From a bacterium (GTDB lineage Bacteria; Patescibacteriota; Minisyncoccia; Moranbacterales; UBA2206), in contig JAKQLJ010000023.1 of the NCBI GenBank assembly GCA_029567195.1, positions 4,626-68,625 of the forward strand: a DNA stretch of 64,000 nucleotides, given 5' to 3'. The first letter of the stretch is position 1. Every line of letters starts with the position of its first letter. Positions 1 to 8,205 of this stretch are shown here, piece by piece. The position numbers and the translations under genes were made by a program. The notes beneath the pieces are model-generated. The model searched no databases and had not been told where the DNA came from. It saw nothing but the letters and a program-made list of their open reading frames with translations.

Positions 1-106
1 ATTTACCCTGTTAAATACTGATATTTATAGGGTAAAATTTAACTAATAAGTTTATTCTTTTTTAGGCTTATTGGAGCATAAAACAGAATTATTTAACAGG
101 GTGAAA
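1..106. repeat. Inverted-repeat element TTTACCCTGTTAAATA...TATTTAACAGGGTGAA; right arm supplies the likely GTG start of the Rrf2 gene
   Basis: Positions 2-17 are the reverse complement of 90-105 with one mismatch; an inner partial arm ATAGGGTAAA lies at 27-36. Confidence 0.6.
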
Positions 107-490
107 TTCTCAACACGGGCTGAATATGGGCTCAAAGCCATGGTCAATTTGGCCAAAGACCATCCCGCGCAAAAAAGCATCAAGGAAATATCAAAAAGCA
201 AAGAAATTTCAGTGAAATATCTGGAACGTCTTATCAATGAACTGCGAAAAAGCGATCTGGTCAAAAGTCAGCGCGGGAAAAATGGGGGATACATGCTTGC
301 TAAAAAACCGTCACTTATGAAAGTCGGCGAAATAATTGAAGTGGTAGAGGGTCCGATTGTTCCGATGAATTGTGCGGGAAAGAAATGTGCCATGCTTAAT
401 AAATGTTCGTCGCAAATAGTTGTCTGGAACAAAGTCGGAGAGCAGATAAAAAAAACATTATATGGGATAAAATTAAGTGATTTAATATAA
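101..490 (+). CDS. iscR: Rrf2-family transcriptional regulator (IscR/CymR-like)
   Basis: VKFSTRAEYGL, YLERLINELRK, LVKSQRGKNGGYMLAK, Cys-containing C-terminal region; directly upstream of iscS-iscU. GTG at 101 is preferred over TTG at 71 by family N-terminus. Confidence 0.85.
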   Translation: MKFSTRAEYGLKAMVNLAKDHPAQKSIKEISKSKEISVKYLERLINELRKSDLVKSQRGKNGGYMLAKKPSLMKVGEIIEVVEGPIVPMNCAGKKCAMLNKCSSQIVVWNKVGEQIKKTLYGIKLSDLI

Positions 491-494
491 AAAA

Positions 495-643
495 CGTCAT
501 CCTGAGGATTTTGACATTACGTCGGAGGACGAAGGATCTATAAATGGTTATTTATAGTTTTGCAATAAATCGTAAAACTATTGATAACACAAAATAGATC
601 CTTCACTCTTCTCCGCCAATGGCGGATTGAGTTCAGGATGACG
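495..643. repeat. Palindromic GTCATCCTGA-type element with nested TCCGCCAATGGCGGA mini-palindrome
   Basis: CGTCATCCTGA(495-505)/TCAGGATGACG(633-643); GAAGGATCTAT(531-541)/ATAGATCCTTC(594-604); nested palindrome at 612-626. Confidence 0.8.
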
Positions 644-657
644 GGGTATTAATTTTT

Positions 658-1911
658 ATGAAACAAATATATCTCGACCACGGGGCGACGACCCCGGTTG
701 ATAAAAAAGTTTTAGCTTCTATGCTTCCGTATTTCAGCGAGAAATACGGCAATGCCATGTCACTTCATGAATTTGGCAATGAAGCCAATAAAGCTTTGGA
801 AAAAGCCAGAAAAAGCGCGGCTGATTTTTTTGGTGCTGATAAAGAAGAAATAATCTTTACTTCTGGCGCGACTGAATCCAATAATTTGGTGGTAAAAGGC
901 GTATTGCGAGCATATTATGATAATATTCGTTCCAATTTGCCTAAAATTAGTTCTAATTTGCGAGTTCCTCATATCATCACTACCGCCTTTGAACATCATT
1001 GTGTTTTGGATGCTTGCAAAGCAGCTCAGAAAGAAAATTTGGCCGAAGTGACTTTCATAAAACCCAACAAGGAAGGAATAATTTTCACGGAAGATGTAAA
1101 AAAGGCGATAAAGCCCAACACCATTTTGGTTTCAGTTATGTATGTCAACAACGAAATCGGCACTGTCCAGCCAATCGCGGAAATCGGAAAATTAATTAAG
1201 AATTACAATTCCAAATTACCAATTACTAATTACAAATTACTTTTTCATACTGATGCAACACAGGCGATAAATTATTTTAATTGTAATGTCAATAAGCTCG
1301 GCGTGGATTTGCTTTCTATGTCAGCTCATAAAATTTATGGCCCGAAAGGCGTTGGCGCCCTTTATATCAGAAAAGGAACAGCTATAAAGCAGGTGATGGA
1401 CGGTGGAGGGCAGGAAGGCGGAAAAAGAGCCGGCACGCACAATGTGCCGGGAATTGTCGGGCTTGGAACAGCAATATCAATGATCAATGATCAAGGAACA
1501 AAAAATAAGAAAAATGAAATATTAAAATTAAGAAATTATCTGATAGATAAAATTTTGAAAGAAATTCCGAAAACAAGACTTAACGGATCGAAAATAAAAC
1601 GTTCGCCGAATAATGCCAATTTTTCTTTTCAAAATGTAGAAGGGGAGAGTCTCCTTATAATGCTGGATGCGGAAGGAATTGCGGCTTCTACCGGCAGCGC
1701 CTGTTCGTCCGGCTCTCTTTCGCCGTCCCATGTGCTTTTGTCTCTCGGAATGAAAGCGGAAGAAGCTCATGGATCGCTCAGATTGACGCTGGGGAAAAAC
1801 ACGACCAAGAAGGAAATAGAATATACCATTTCAAAATTAAAAAACATTATCGAAAAACTCAGGAAAGTTTCAGGGAATGTTTTGGGGGATTATTACCAAG
1901 CTAAAAAATGA
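658..1911 (+). CDS. iscS: Cysteine desulfurase IscS/NifS
   Basis: YLDHGATTP, FTSGATESNN, HTDATQA, SAHKIYGPKGVG (PLP Lys), STGSACSSG (catalytic Cys). Confidence 0.95.
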   Translation: MKQIYLDHGATTPVDKKVLASMLPYFSEKYGNAMSLHEFGNEANKALEKARKSAADFFGADKEEIIFTSGATESNNLVVKGVLRAYYDNIRSNLPKISSNLRVPHIITTAFEHHCVLDACKAAQKENLAEVTFIKPNKEGIIFTEDVKKAIKPNTILVSVMYVNNEIGTVQPIAEIGKLIKNYNSKLPITNYKLLFHTDATQAINYFNCNVNKLGVDLLSMSAHKIYGPKGVGALYIRKGTAIKQVMDGGGQEGGKRAGTHNVPGIVGLGTAISMINDQGTKNKKNEILKLRNYLIDKILKEIPKTRLNGSKIKRSPNNANFSFQNVEGESLLIMLDAEGIAASTGSACSSGSLSPSHVLLSLGMKAEEAHGSLRLTLGKNTTKKEIEYTISKLKNIIEKLRKVSGNVLGDYYQAKK

Positions 1912-1918
1912 CGCGAAG

Positions 1919-2040
1919 CGTCATCCTCGCGCCCGCCTGCCGGCGAGGCAGGTAGGCGGGGATCCAATCTGGTTTATTAAATTTATACACTAGATTCCCG
2001 CTGGAGTTTACCCCGCGCTTGATGCGGGGCGGGAATGACA
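1919..2040. repeat. GTCATYCYCGCG-type palindromic element with two nested inserts
   Basis: CGTCATCCTCGCG...GGCGGGGATCCA / TAGATTCCCG...GCGGGAATGACA; inserts CCGCCTGCCGGCGAGGCAGG and CCCCGCGCTTGATGCGGGG. Confidence 0.8.
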
Positions 2041-2073
2041 AATATAATTATTAATTTAAACATCACATAATAT

Positions 2074-2454
2074 ATGTATTCAAAAAAAGTTTTAGAACAT
2101 TTTACCCGTCCTCATAATCAGGGCGTGATAAAAAAAGCCGACGGTGTCGGCATTGTGGGCAATCCCACCTGCGGTGATTTAATGAAAATTTATATCCGTG
2201 TCAAAAAAGACAAAACAAAAGGGGAAGTGATAAACGATATAAAGTTTGAAACTTTGGGTTGCGCTTCGGCTATCGCTACCTCTTCCATGATTACCGATTT
2301 AGCCAAAGGGAGGACTCTTCATGAAGCAATGAAAATTTCTCGTGATGACGTAGCGGATGCCTTGGAAGGTTTGCCGCCAATCAAAATGCATTGCAGCAAT
2401 TTGGCGGCTGATGGGCTTCATGCGGCCATCAAAGATTATAAGAATAAAAAGTAA
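2074..2454 (+). CDS. iscU: Fe-S cluster scaffold IscU/NifU-N
   Basis: MYSKKVLEHF, GNPTCGD, GCASAIA, LPPIKMHCSNLA. Confidence 0.95.
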   Translation: MYSKKVLEHFTRPHNQGVIKKADGVGIVGNPTCGDLMKIYIRVKKDKTKGEVINDIKFETLGCASAIATSSMITDLAKGRTLHEAMKISRDDVADALEGLPPIKMHCSNLAADGLHAAIKDYKNKK

Positions 2455-2565
2455 AAAATAGGGAAGACTGGTTAGCTTAAAAAAAGTGAGAAGAAGTCGC
2501 AATATTTATACAAATAAAAATAAAATTTTTTAAAAATTTTATTTCTTCATTGTAATATATAATGA

Positions 2566-2850
2566 TCCAGGCATCGAAAAGGGAAGATGGATAATTTTTT
2601 ATTTGTTTTTGCCTTTTGATTCCGGTTCCTGTTTTTAAGGGAAATGCCGGGAGGGGAGGAAATATGAACAGTGTCGCACAATGTATCTTTTACGACATTT
2701 GGCATAACCTCATGGGTCTTTCAAAAGAACCCGTCCTGGGATACATCTATGTATCCCTTACTCCCTTCATTTCTCGCAGAACCTAATTTTGGAAGCCGTT
2801 TCGGAAACGCTATAGGCTGTTATGCTCCCGCGTCGTTAGGTCATCGCTAT
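2566..2850. ncRNA. Candidate structured RNA / structured leader containing a possible 40-aa ORF (2664-2786 +)
   Basis: GC-richer island in AT-rich flanks with many stems, e.g. TCCAGGCAT/ATGCCGGGA, GGGATACAT/ATGTATCCC, GGGTCTTT/AAGAACCC, GCATAAC/GTTATGC; TATAAT just upstream. Confidence 0.4.
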
Positions 2851-2958
2851 TTTTTTTAAAAATATTTTTTAAATTTTTTCAAAAATAATTTTTTAAAATA
2901 TAAATATAATAGTTTTTATTTAATACAAAATACTCCGAGTAAAATATTTCTTGAAAAT

Positions 2959-2994
2959 AAAAAAACAACCAGAATAACAGCGGTTGTTTTTTTT
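2959..2994. terminator. Intrinsic terminator, likely bidirectional
   Basis: AAAAAAACAACC-loop-GGTTGTTTTTTT. Confidence 0.7.
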
Positions 2995-3052
2995 ATCTAT
3001 TTTTATGTTTTGAATGTTTGGTTAATACCAAGGCTATATTACCTCTCCCCTA

Positions 3053-4384
3053 TTATTTGTATATAATCATTTGGTCAATGGCGACCTTACTGTCAACTCC
3101 GATTTTTCCCACTAATGATTTAGAAGTGCCAAGATAGAGATTGGAACCAAAATATGGATCATGAACAATATAATCTTTTTTATCTTTGCCGGTGACCACC
3201 ACATAGTGTCCTCCTCGGCCGTTGGTTTTTTTAATGTAAACTATGACAGGATTGCCTTTTTTAATTTCGCTGTCAATAGTGGACCATTTTATATTGCCAT
3301 GGGAAACGGAAGAAGAAAGGGAAATTCCAGGACTCCAGGTGGCTGGCCATTTGATAAGATCATAATAAAATATTTTTTCGCGGCACATTTTTCCCGGATC
3401 AGTGCTAGCTCCGTTTTTTTTGAAAACCATAGCGACAGAAGTGACGGCACAACCATAATCTTTCATAAGAGAAGAAGAATTTCCGATTTTTTTATTTCCC
3501 CAACGTGAATCTTTTTGGGAAAAATACCAGGAAGTAGAAGCCAAATTATCTTTGGGTTTGGGATATTTGCTTACACTGGCGCTGACTTCATCCAGGTTGC
3601 CGGCTTCGGAAAAATTGAAAAGTTCCTGTTTTTGTTCCTCCACTCGAGCCAAGAGTCCGCGGTATTTTTCTTCCTCTCCCTGTGTTTGAGTGAGAAGATT
3701 TTGCTTTTGCCGCTCGGTATATTGGAGGTCAGCTTTTTTATCCGCCAATTCTTCTTTGAGATCTAAATTTTTCTGCATATCTTCGTCCAACTCTTTTTTG
3801 TCGTTTTCCAGTTCGCTTTTTGATTTTTCAATATCTGATAGAATTTCGGAAACTTTCGCTCCGGATTGTTCCAGATAATCTGATTGACTGAGAGTTTCGG
3901 AAAAATCCTTATTTATGATTACCAGCCCTAAAATTCCCTGCTGGTCGTATTCATAATATGATTGCATTAGTCCGGTAAGAATCTTTTTCTGCACATTTAT
4001 GTTCGCTTCTTTTTCTTTTATTGCTTCCTCTAAGTTTTCAATTCTTTTAGTCAGTTCATCCAATTCTTTTTGAGTCAGCTGAAGCTTGCTGTGAGTCTCC
4101 ATTTTTTCCTGATTTATTGAGTTCACCTGAGCAGCCAAAGTGCTTTCTTGTTTGTCTTTGAGTTTTATAATGCTTTCATACATTTCCGCTTTTTTGTCCA
4201 ATTTCTTGCAGTCTTCCTCGCAGTCATCCTGCTTATCTTCATCATCAGGATAACTGGCCTTGCATTGATCCTCGCAGGATTCGGCTTGGGTATAATTTTT
4301 TTCCAGAGTAAGAAAAGCCATGGCTAAAATGCCGAGGAATATCAATGAAAATAAGCTTATTTTATTTTTATCTTTTTTTATCAT
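3053..4384 (-). CDS. Secreted coiled-coil protein with C-terminal C39-like cysteine peptidase
   Basis: N-terminal hydrophobic anchor, long heptad-rich region, YFSQKDSRW...GCAVTSVAM...GHYVVVTG...VHDPY (Cys-His-Asp). Confidence 0.75.
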   Translation of the reverse strand: MIKKDKNKISLFSLIFLGILAMAFLTLEKNYTQAESCEDQCKASYPDDEDKQDDCEEDCKKLDKKAEMYESIIKLKDKQESTLAAQVNSINQEKMETHSKLQLTQKELDELTKRIENLEEAIKEKEANINVQKKILTGLMQSYYEYDQQGILGLVIINKDFSETLSQSDYLEQSGAKVSEILSDIEKSKSELENDKKELDEDMQKNLDLKEELADKKADLQYTERQKQNLLTQTQGEEEKYRGLLARVEEQKQELFNFSEAGNLDEVSASVSKYPKPKDNLASTSWYFSQKDSRWGNKKIGNSSSLMKDYGCAVTSVAMVFKKNGASTDPGKMCREKIFYYDLIKWPATWSPGISLSSSVSHGNIKWSTIDSEIKKGNPVIVYIKKTNGRGGHYVVVTGKDKKDYIVHDPYFGSNLYLGTSKSLVGKIGVDSKVAIDQMIIYK

Positions 4385-4392
4385 TTTTTATC

Positions 4393-5946
4393 CTATAAAG
4401 ACAAGGCTTTTTTTATTCTTTTTATGCTTTCCTCTTTACCCAGGACCCAGGCTACTTCAAAAGGCGAAGGTGATTTCTGCTGCCCGGTGAGAGCGGCCCG
4501 AAGTGGCCAAAGCAAATCTCCTTTTTTATCTCCGGCTGCTTCCACTAGCAGTTTCTCCAAATTTTCTTTAGTCCACAAAGGATCAGAAATTTCAGTTAAA
4601 ATATCCAATGATTTTTGAAGCGATGCTTTCAAATTTTCATCGCTCATTTCTTTCCAACGCAAAAGATTTTTATCATAATCTATGTCGCTTACAAAAAAGA
4701 AAATATTGTTCTCCCCCACTCCGGATAAATTTATCAGGCGATCGCGTTCAACGGTTAAGACTTTTTTAATATAATCTCCTTTTTCTTTGTTGTTCTTTCT
4801 TTGTTGTTCTTTGTCCCAGATATTATAAAATTCTTTCTGTCGCCAAAATTCCAATGATCGTTCATAGAGTTCATCAATGGATAATTTTTTGATCCATTGG
4901 GAATTTATCCAGTCGAGTTTTTGGATATCAAATACCGCGCCGCCTTTGTGGACGCAGGAAAGATCAAATTTTTGAGTGAGTTCTTCGAGGGTAAAAATTT
5001 CCTGAGTCGATCCTTCGCCTGGATTCCACCCTAAAAATATTACAAAATTAATGATAGCTTCCTTTAGATAACCTTTCTTGATGTAGTCTTCCACAGCCAC
5101 GTCACCTTGTCTTTTGGAAAGTTTTGATCTGTCGGTGTTGAGAAGCAGGGGCACATGGGCGAATTGCGGCGGTTCCCAGCCAAAATATCTATATAGAATC
5201 AAGTGTTTGGGAGCGCTGGAAAGCCATTCTTCTCCGCGGATGACGTGGGTTATTTTCATTTCGTGGTCGTCAACGACATTGGCCAAATGATAGGTGGGAT
5301 AGCCGTCGGATTTCAAAAGCACCTGGTCGTCAACAAGATTAGTATCAAATTTTACTTTTCCTCTTATAATATCATCAAATTCAATCATTTCATCTTTGGG
5401 CATCTTGAGGCGGATAGTATAAGGGCAATTACTTTTAAGTTTTTTATTCACTTCTTCGGGAGTTACGTTCCGCAGACAATATTGGTCGTAGATTGGCGGC
5501 TGTTTCTTGGCCTGTTGATCACGTCTCATCTCTTCCAGTCTTTCCGGTTCGCAGAAACAATAATAAGCGTGGCCGTCTTTCACCAATGTTTCCGCATATT
5601 TTTTATAAACTTCCAGTTTTTCTGATTGGATGTATGGTCCATACTCCCCTATCTCTATGATTCCTTTATAAGATTTTGAATCATAGAATTTGGAATTTGG
5701 AATTTGGAATTTGGAATCTTTTTGAAAAACTCCTTCTGTATAATTAACATCAGCCCAATTTAAAACGTTTATCAAACTTTCAAGCGCGCCCGTAACAAAT
5801 CTTTTTTGATCAGTATCTTCTATGCGCAACACAAAATCACCGTCATTTTTTTTGGCGAATAAGTAATCATATAAAGCGCTTCGGAAATTTCCGATATGCA
5901 TAAATCCGGTTGGTGATGGCGCAAATCTAACGCGTGGTTTTGTCAT
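4393..5946 (-). CDS. gltX: Glutamate--tRNA ligase
   Basis: RVRFAPSPTGFMHIG, LRIEDTD, ANVVDDH, IRGEEW, KLSKR. Confidence 0.97.
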   Translation of the reverse strand: MTKPRVRFAPSPTGFMHIGNFRSALYDYLFAKKNDGDFVLRIEDTDQKRFVTGALESLINVLNWADVNYTEGVFQKDSKFQIPNSKFYDSKSYKGIIEIGEYGPYIQSEKLEVYKKYAETLVKDGHAYYCFCEPERLEEMRRDQQAKKQPPIYDQYCLRNVTPEEVNKKLKSNCPYTIRLKMPKDEMIEFDDIIRGKVKFDTNLVDDQVLLKSDGYPTYHLANVVDDHEMKITHVIRGEEWLSSAPKHLILYRYFGWEPPQFAHVPLLLNTDRSKLSKRQGDVAVEDYIKKGYLKEAIINFVIFLGWNPGEGSTQEIFTLEELTQKFDLSCVHKGGAVFDIQKLDWINSQWIKKLSIDELYERSLEFWRQKEFYNIWDKEQQRKNNKEKGDYIKKVLTVERDRLINLSGVGENNIFFFVSDIDYDKNLLRWKEMSDENLKASLQKSLDILTEISDPLWTKENLEKLLVEAAGDKKGDLLWPLRAALTGQQKSPSPFEVAWVLGKEESIKRIKKALSL

Positions 5947-6066
5947 TCTTTATGAACTACTAATTTCGTAAAAATATACGAATCTTATAGTATTATTTTA
6001 TTTTCATATTAAACTTTTTTCTCATTTCAACATGTTCTTTTTCAACTAATTTTATGTTTAAATTAT

Positions 6067-6783
6067 TCATCTATTTAAAATTATTTTTATTGGAAAAACA
6101 ACTACTGCGTTCCATATCCTTTTTAGCCTTTTAGGCTGAAGTATCAAGCGCCAGAGCCATTCAAGTCCCATTAGGCGCCAAAAACATGGAGCGCGGCGGA
6201 CATATCCCGTGAGAAAATCAAAACTTCCACCTACTCCCATGGCTAGCCTTATTCTATCATTATTTTGTCTTGCGATAAAGGTTTCCTGATAAGGCGCTCC
6301 AAAATTGCAAAAAACTATCTGGCAGCTGGAGCTCATGATCTGATATGCGCTGTCTTTTGTGTCTATGTCGTCCCCGTCGACTATCAAATTCGGATAAAAT
6401 TTAGCGATAGCATTCCGCGTTTCTTCCCAAGTACTGAGTCCGTCTTTTTTTGCTGCCAAAAATATGCTCAATTTTTCCTTGTTGGCCAGTCTGATAATCT
6501 TTTCCATAAGGTCGGCTCCGGCTATCCGGCATTTGAGGTGTCTGCCATATCGCCAAAAAGCAAATTTTATTCCCATGCCGTCAGCAATGTTTAGATCGCA
6601 GCTGTTCAGTATATTCCTGAATTCCTGGTTTTTCTGGGCTTCCATGATAAACTCCGGATTGATAGTGGCGATTTGATGGAATTTTGGTTCAGACAAAAAA
6701 ATTTTAATTTTTTCCAACGTTTCTTTTTTGCTAAAATCGTCAATTTTTATTCCCAAAATATCAAATTTGCTTCTTGTGTCCAT
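6067..6783 (-). CDS. WecB/TagA/CpsF glycosyltransferase
   Basis: IATINPEF, ADGMG, RIAGADL, FGAPYQE, GVGGSFDF, LGLEWLWRL-type motif. Confidence 0.9.
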   Translation of the reverse strand: MDTRSKFDILGIKIDDFSKKETLEKIKIFLSEPKFHQIATINPEFIMEAQKNQEFRNILNSCDLNIADGMGIKFAFWRYGRHLKCRIAGADLMEKIIRLANKEKLSIFLAAKKDGLSTWEETRNAIAKFYPNLIVDGDDIDTKDSAYQIMSSSCQIVFCNFGAPYQETFIARQNNDRIRLAMGVGGSFDFLTGYVRRAPCFWRLMGLEWLWRLILQPKRLKRIWNAVVVFPIKIILNR

Positions 6784-6811
6784 ATGTGGTTATAAGGAAA
6801 TATATTATATT

Positions 6812-7207
6812 TCACTGAAGGATGTTTTTTAAAAGTCTATGTGCGGGGTATTTGTCGAGCAAGCTTTTTTCAAAATTCTTATTTCCAGTTTTTGTTCGCT
6901 TAAGGCAATTTTCAATCCATTTTTCATAGTCCTTTTTTCCATTATGCAGCCATTGATCGGTTTTAGTGATTGTTTGATTGCTTGCCTTGACTCGTTTTCT
7001 TATGGTTTCATAGCTGTCACCGCCTAGAAGCATTTTGGCAATTTGCAAGCGCCTAGCAAACATCAAAGTTTCACTGGGAGTAAGCAGTCCGATAAAAAAA
7101 TCAATCACCTCTTTCTTTGATTTTAAATTGGAAATTGTATTATAAAAATAACCGGTTATCTCCTGCTTTTCCTTTTGGCTTATCAAATGTGTTTTTACTT
7201 TTGACAT
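6812..7207 (-). CDS. TrpR/YerC-like DNA-binding protein
   Basis: LLTPSETLMFARRLQIAKMLLGGDSYETI...TITK; ATG at 7207 is preferred over 7267. Confidence 0.8.
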   Translation of the reverse strand: MSKVKTHLISQKEKQEITGYFYNTISNLKSKKEVIDFFIGLLTPSETLMFARRLQIAKMLLGGDSYETIRKRVKASNQTITKTDQWLHNGKKDYEKWIENCLKRTKTGNKNFEKSLLDKYPAHRLLKNILQ

Positions 7208-7360
7208 TTTTATGGAATTATTTTTTCTTTCGCATCCATATAACCACATATGGACACAGCAGAACAATAATACGAAAATACGAAGAGTGTCTGTCTGATG
7301 GAAAAAATTAAAAAATGAAAAAGGGAGATATTGTTTTTTGCGTAAAAATATTTACAAAAT

Positions 7361-7903
7361 TTATTTTAACGGACAAGACTCAATGAGGGCATATTCGCTT
7401 TCCCCTTCTCCAAAACCGCTAGCCATTATGTCTACTGTTTCTGCGGTCACAAAAAGGGAAAATTTTTCAGAAATTTCCGGTTTTTCCGTCAAGTCTTCCC
7501 ACTTATGCTTTCTTATTCTTCCCAGGGTTATATGGGGGCGGAAAGATTTTTTGGGCGCCCGGAAAATGTCCAGTTCTTTTTCAATTTTTTCGTATAAATT
7601 TTTCAATTCTTCGCTGGGAGCGCCGGTAAGCCAGATCATTTTTGGATCATCTTTTTCCGGCGCTAATTCGATACGGTCAAATTCCAAATCAAAAATATTT
7701 TCTTCTTGAGCCGCTATTTTTACCTTTTCACAAACATCTTTGGTCGTTTCGTCGTCAATATAGCCCAAAAAGAACAAGGTAATGTGAAAATTGGCTTCTT
7801 TTACCCACTTCACCGGCAAATCAGACCATTTTTCTATTGTCTTTGTGAGCTCTTTTTTCGCTCTTTCGGGGATATTTATGGATATAAAAATTTTACGCTT
7901 CAT
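7361..7903 (-). CDS. thpR: RNA 2',3'-cyclic phosphodiesterase (2H family)
   Basis: RKIFISI, two HxT motifs: FHITLFFLG and FRPHITLGR. Confidence 0.9.
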   Translation of the reverse strand: MKRKIFISINIPERAKKELTKTIEKWSDLPVKWVKEANFHITLFFLGYIDDETTKDVCEKVKIAAQEENIFDLEFDRIELAPEKDDPKMIWLTGAPSEELKNLYEKIEKELDIFRAPKKSFRPHITLGRIRKHKWEDLTEKPEISEKFSLFVTAETVDIMASGFGEGESEYALIESCPLK

Positions 7904-7984
7904 AGGATAAATAATAGCTTAAAACGGTCATTTTGGCAAAAAATAAAGGGCGATCAGCTAAATGTGCTAATCGCCTCGGGAAAT

Positions 7985-8113
7985 TCAGTATTTATCGGGA
8001 TTTATAAAGTGGCCTTTGGGCCAGCGAAGACGCCAAATCAATTTACCGAATGACCATAAAAATACACCAAGCAAAATACCGGATAAAACACTGATAATTT
8101 TATAAAAATCCAT
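7985..8113 (-). CDS. Small single-pass membrane protein, 42 aa (MDFYKIISVLSGILLGVFLWSFGKLIWRLRWPKGHFINPDKY)
   Basis: Manually translated; GAGGAGG SD upstream, one hydrophobic segment, hairpin at ~7948-7977 after the stop. Confidence 0.55.
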   Translation of the reverse strand: MDFYKIISVLSGILLGVFLWSFGKLIWRLRWPKGHFINPDKY

Positions 8114-8205
8114 ATTCATCCTCCTCTTTCAACGTGTGAATTTCTTTATAAAAACAAGGATTTAGCCTTTTGCCTTTTATTTAAGGAGCTAATACAATAT
8201 AGCAT

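Noticed and set aside
2671..2859. 62-aa ORF from the ORF track
   Set aside because: GTG start poorly spaced from the SD; the ATG at 2664 in another frame or an RNA explanation fits better
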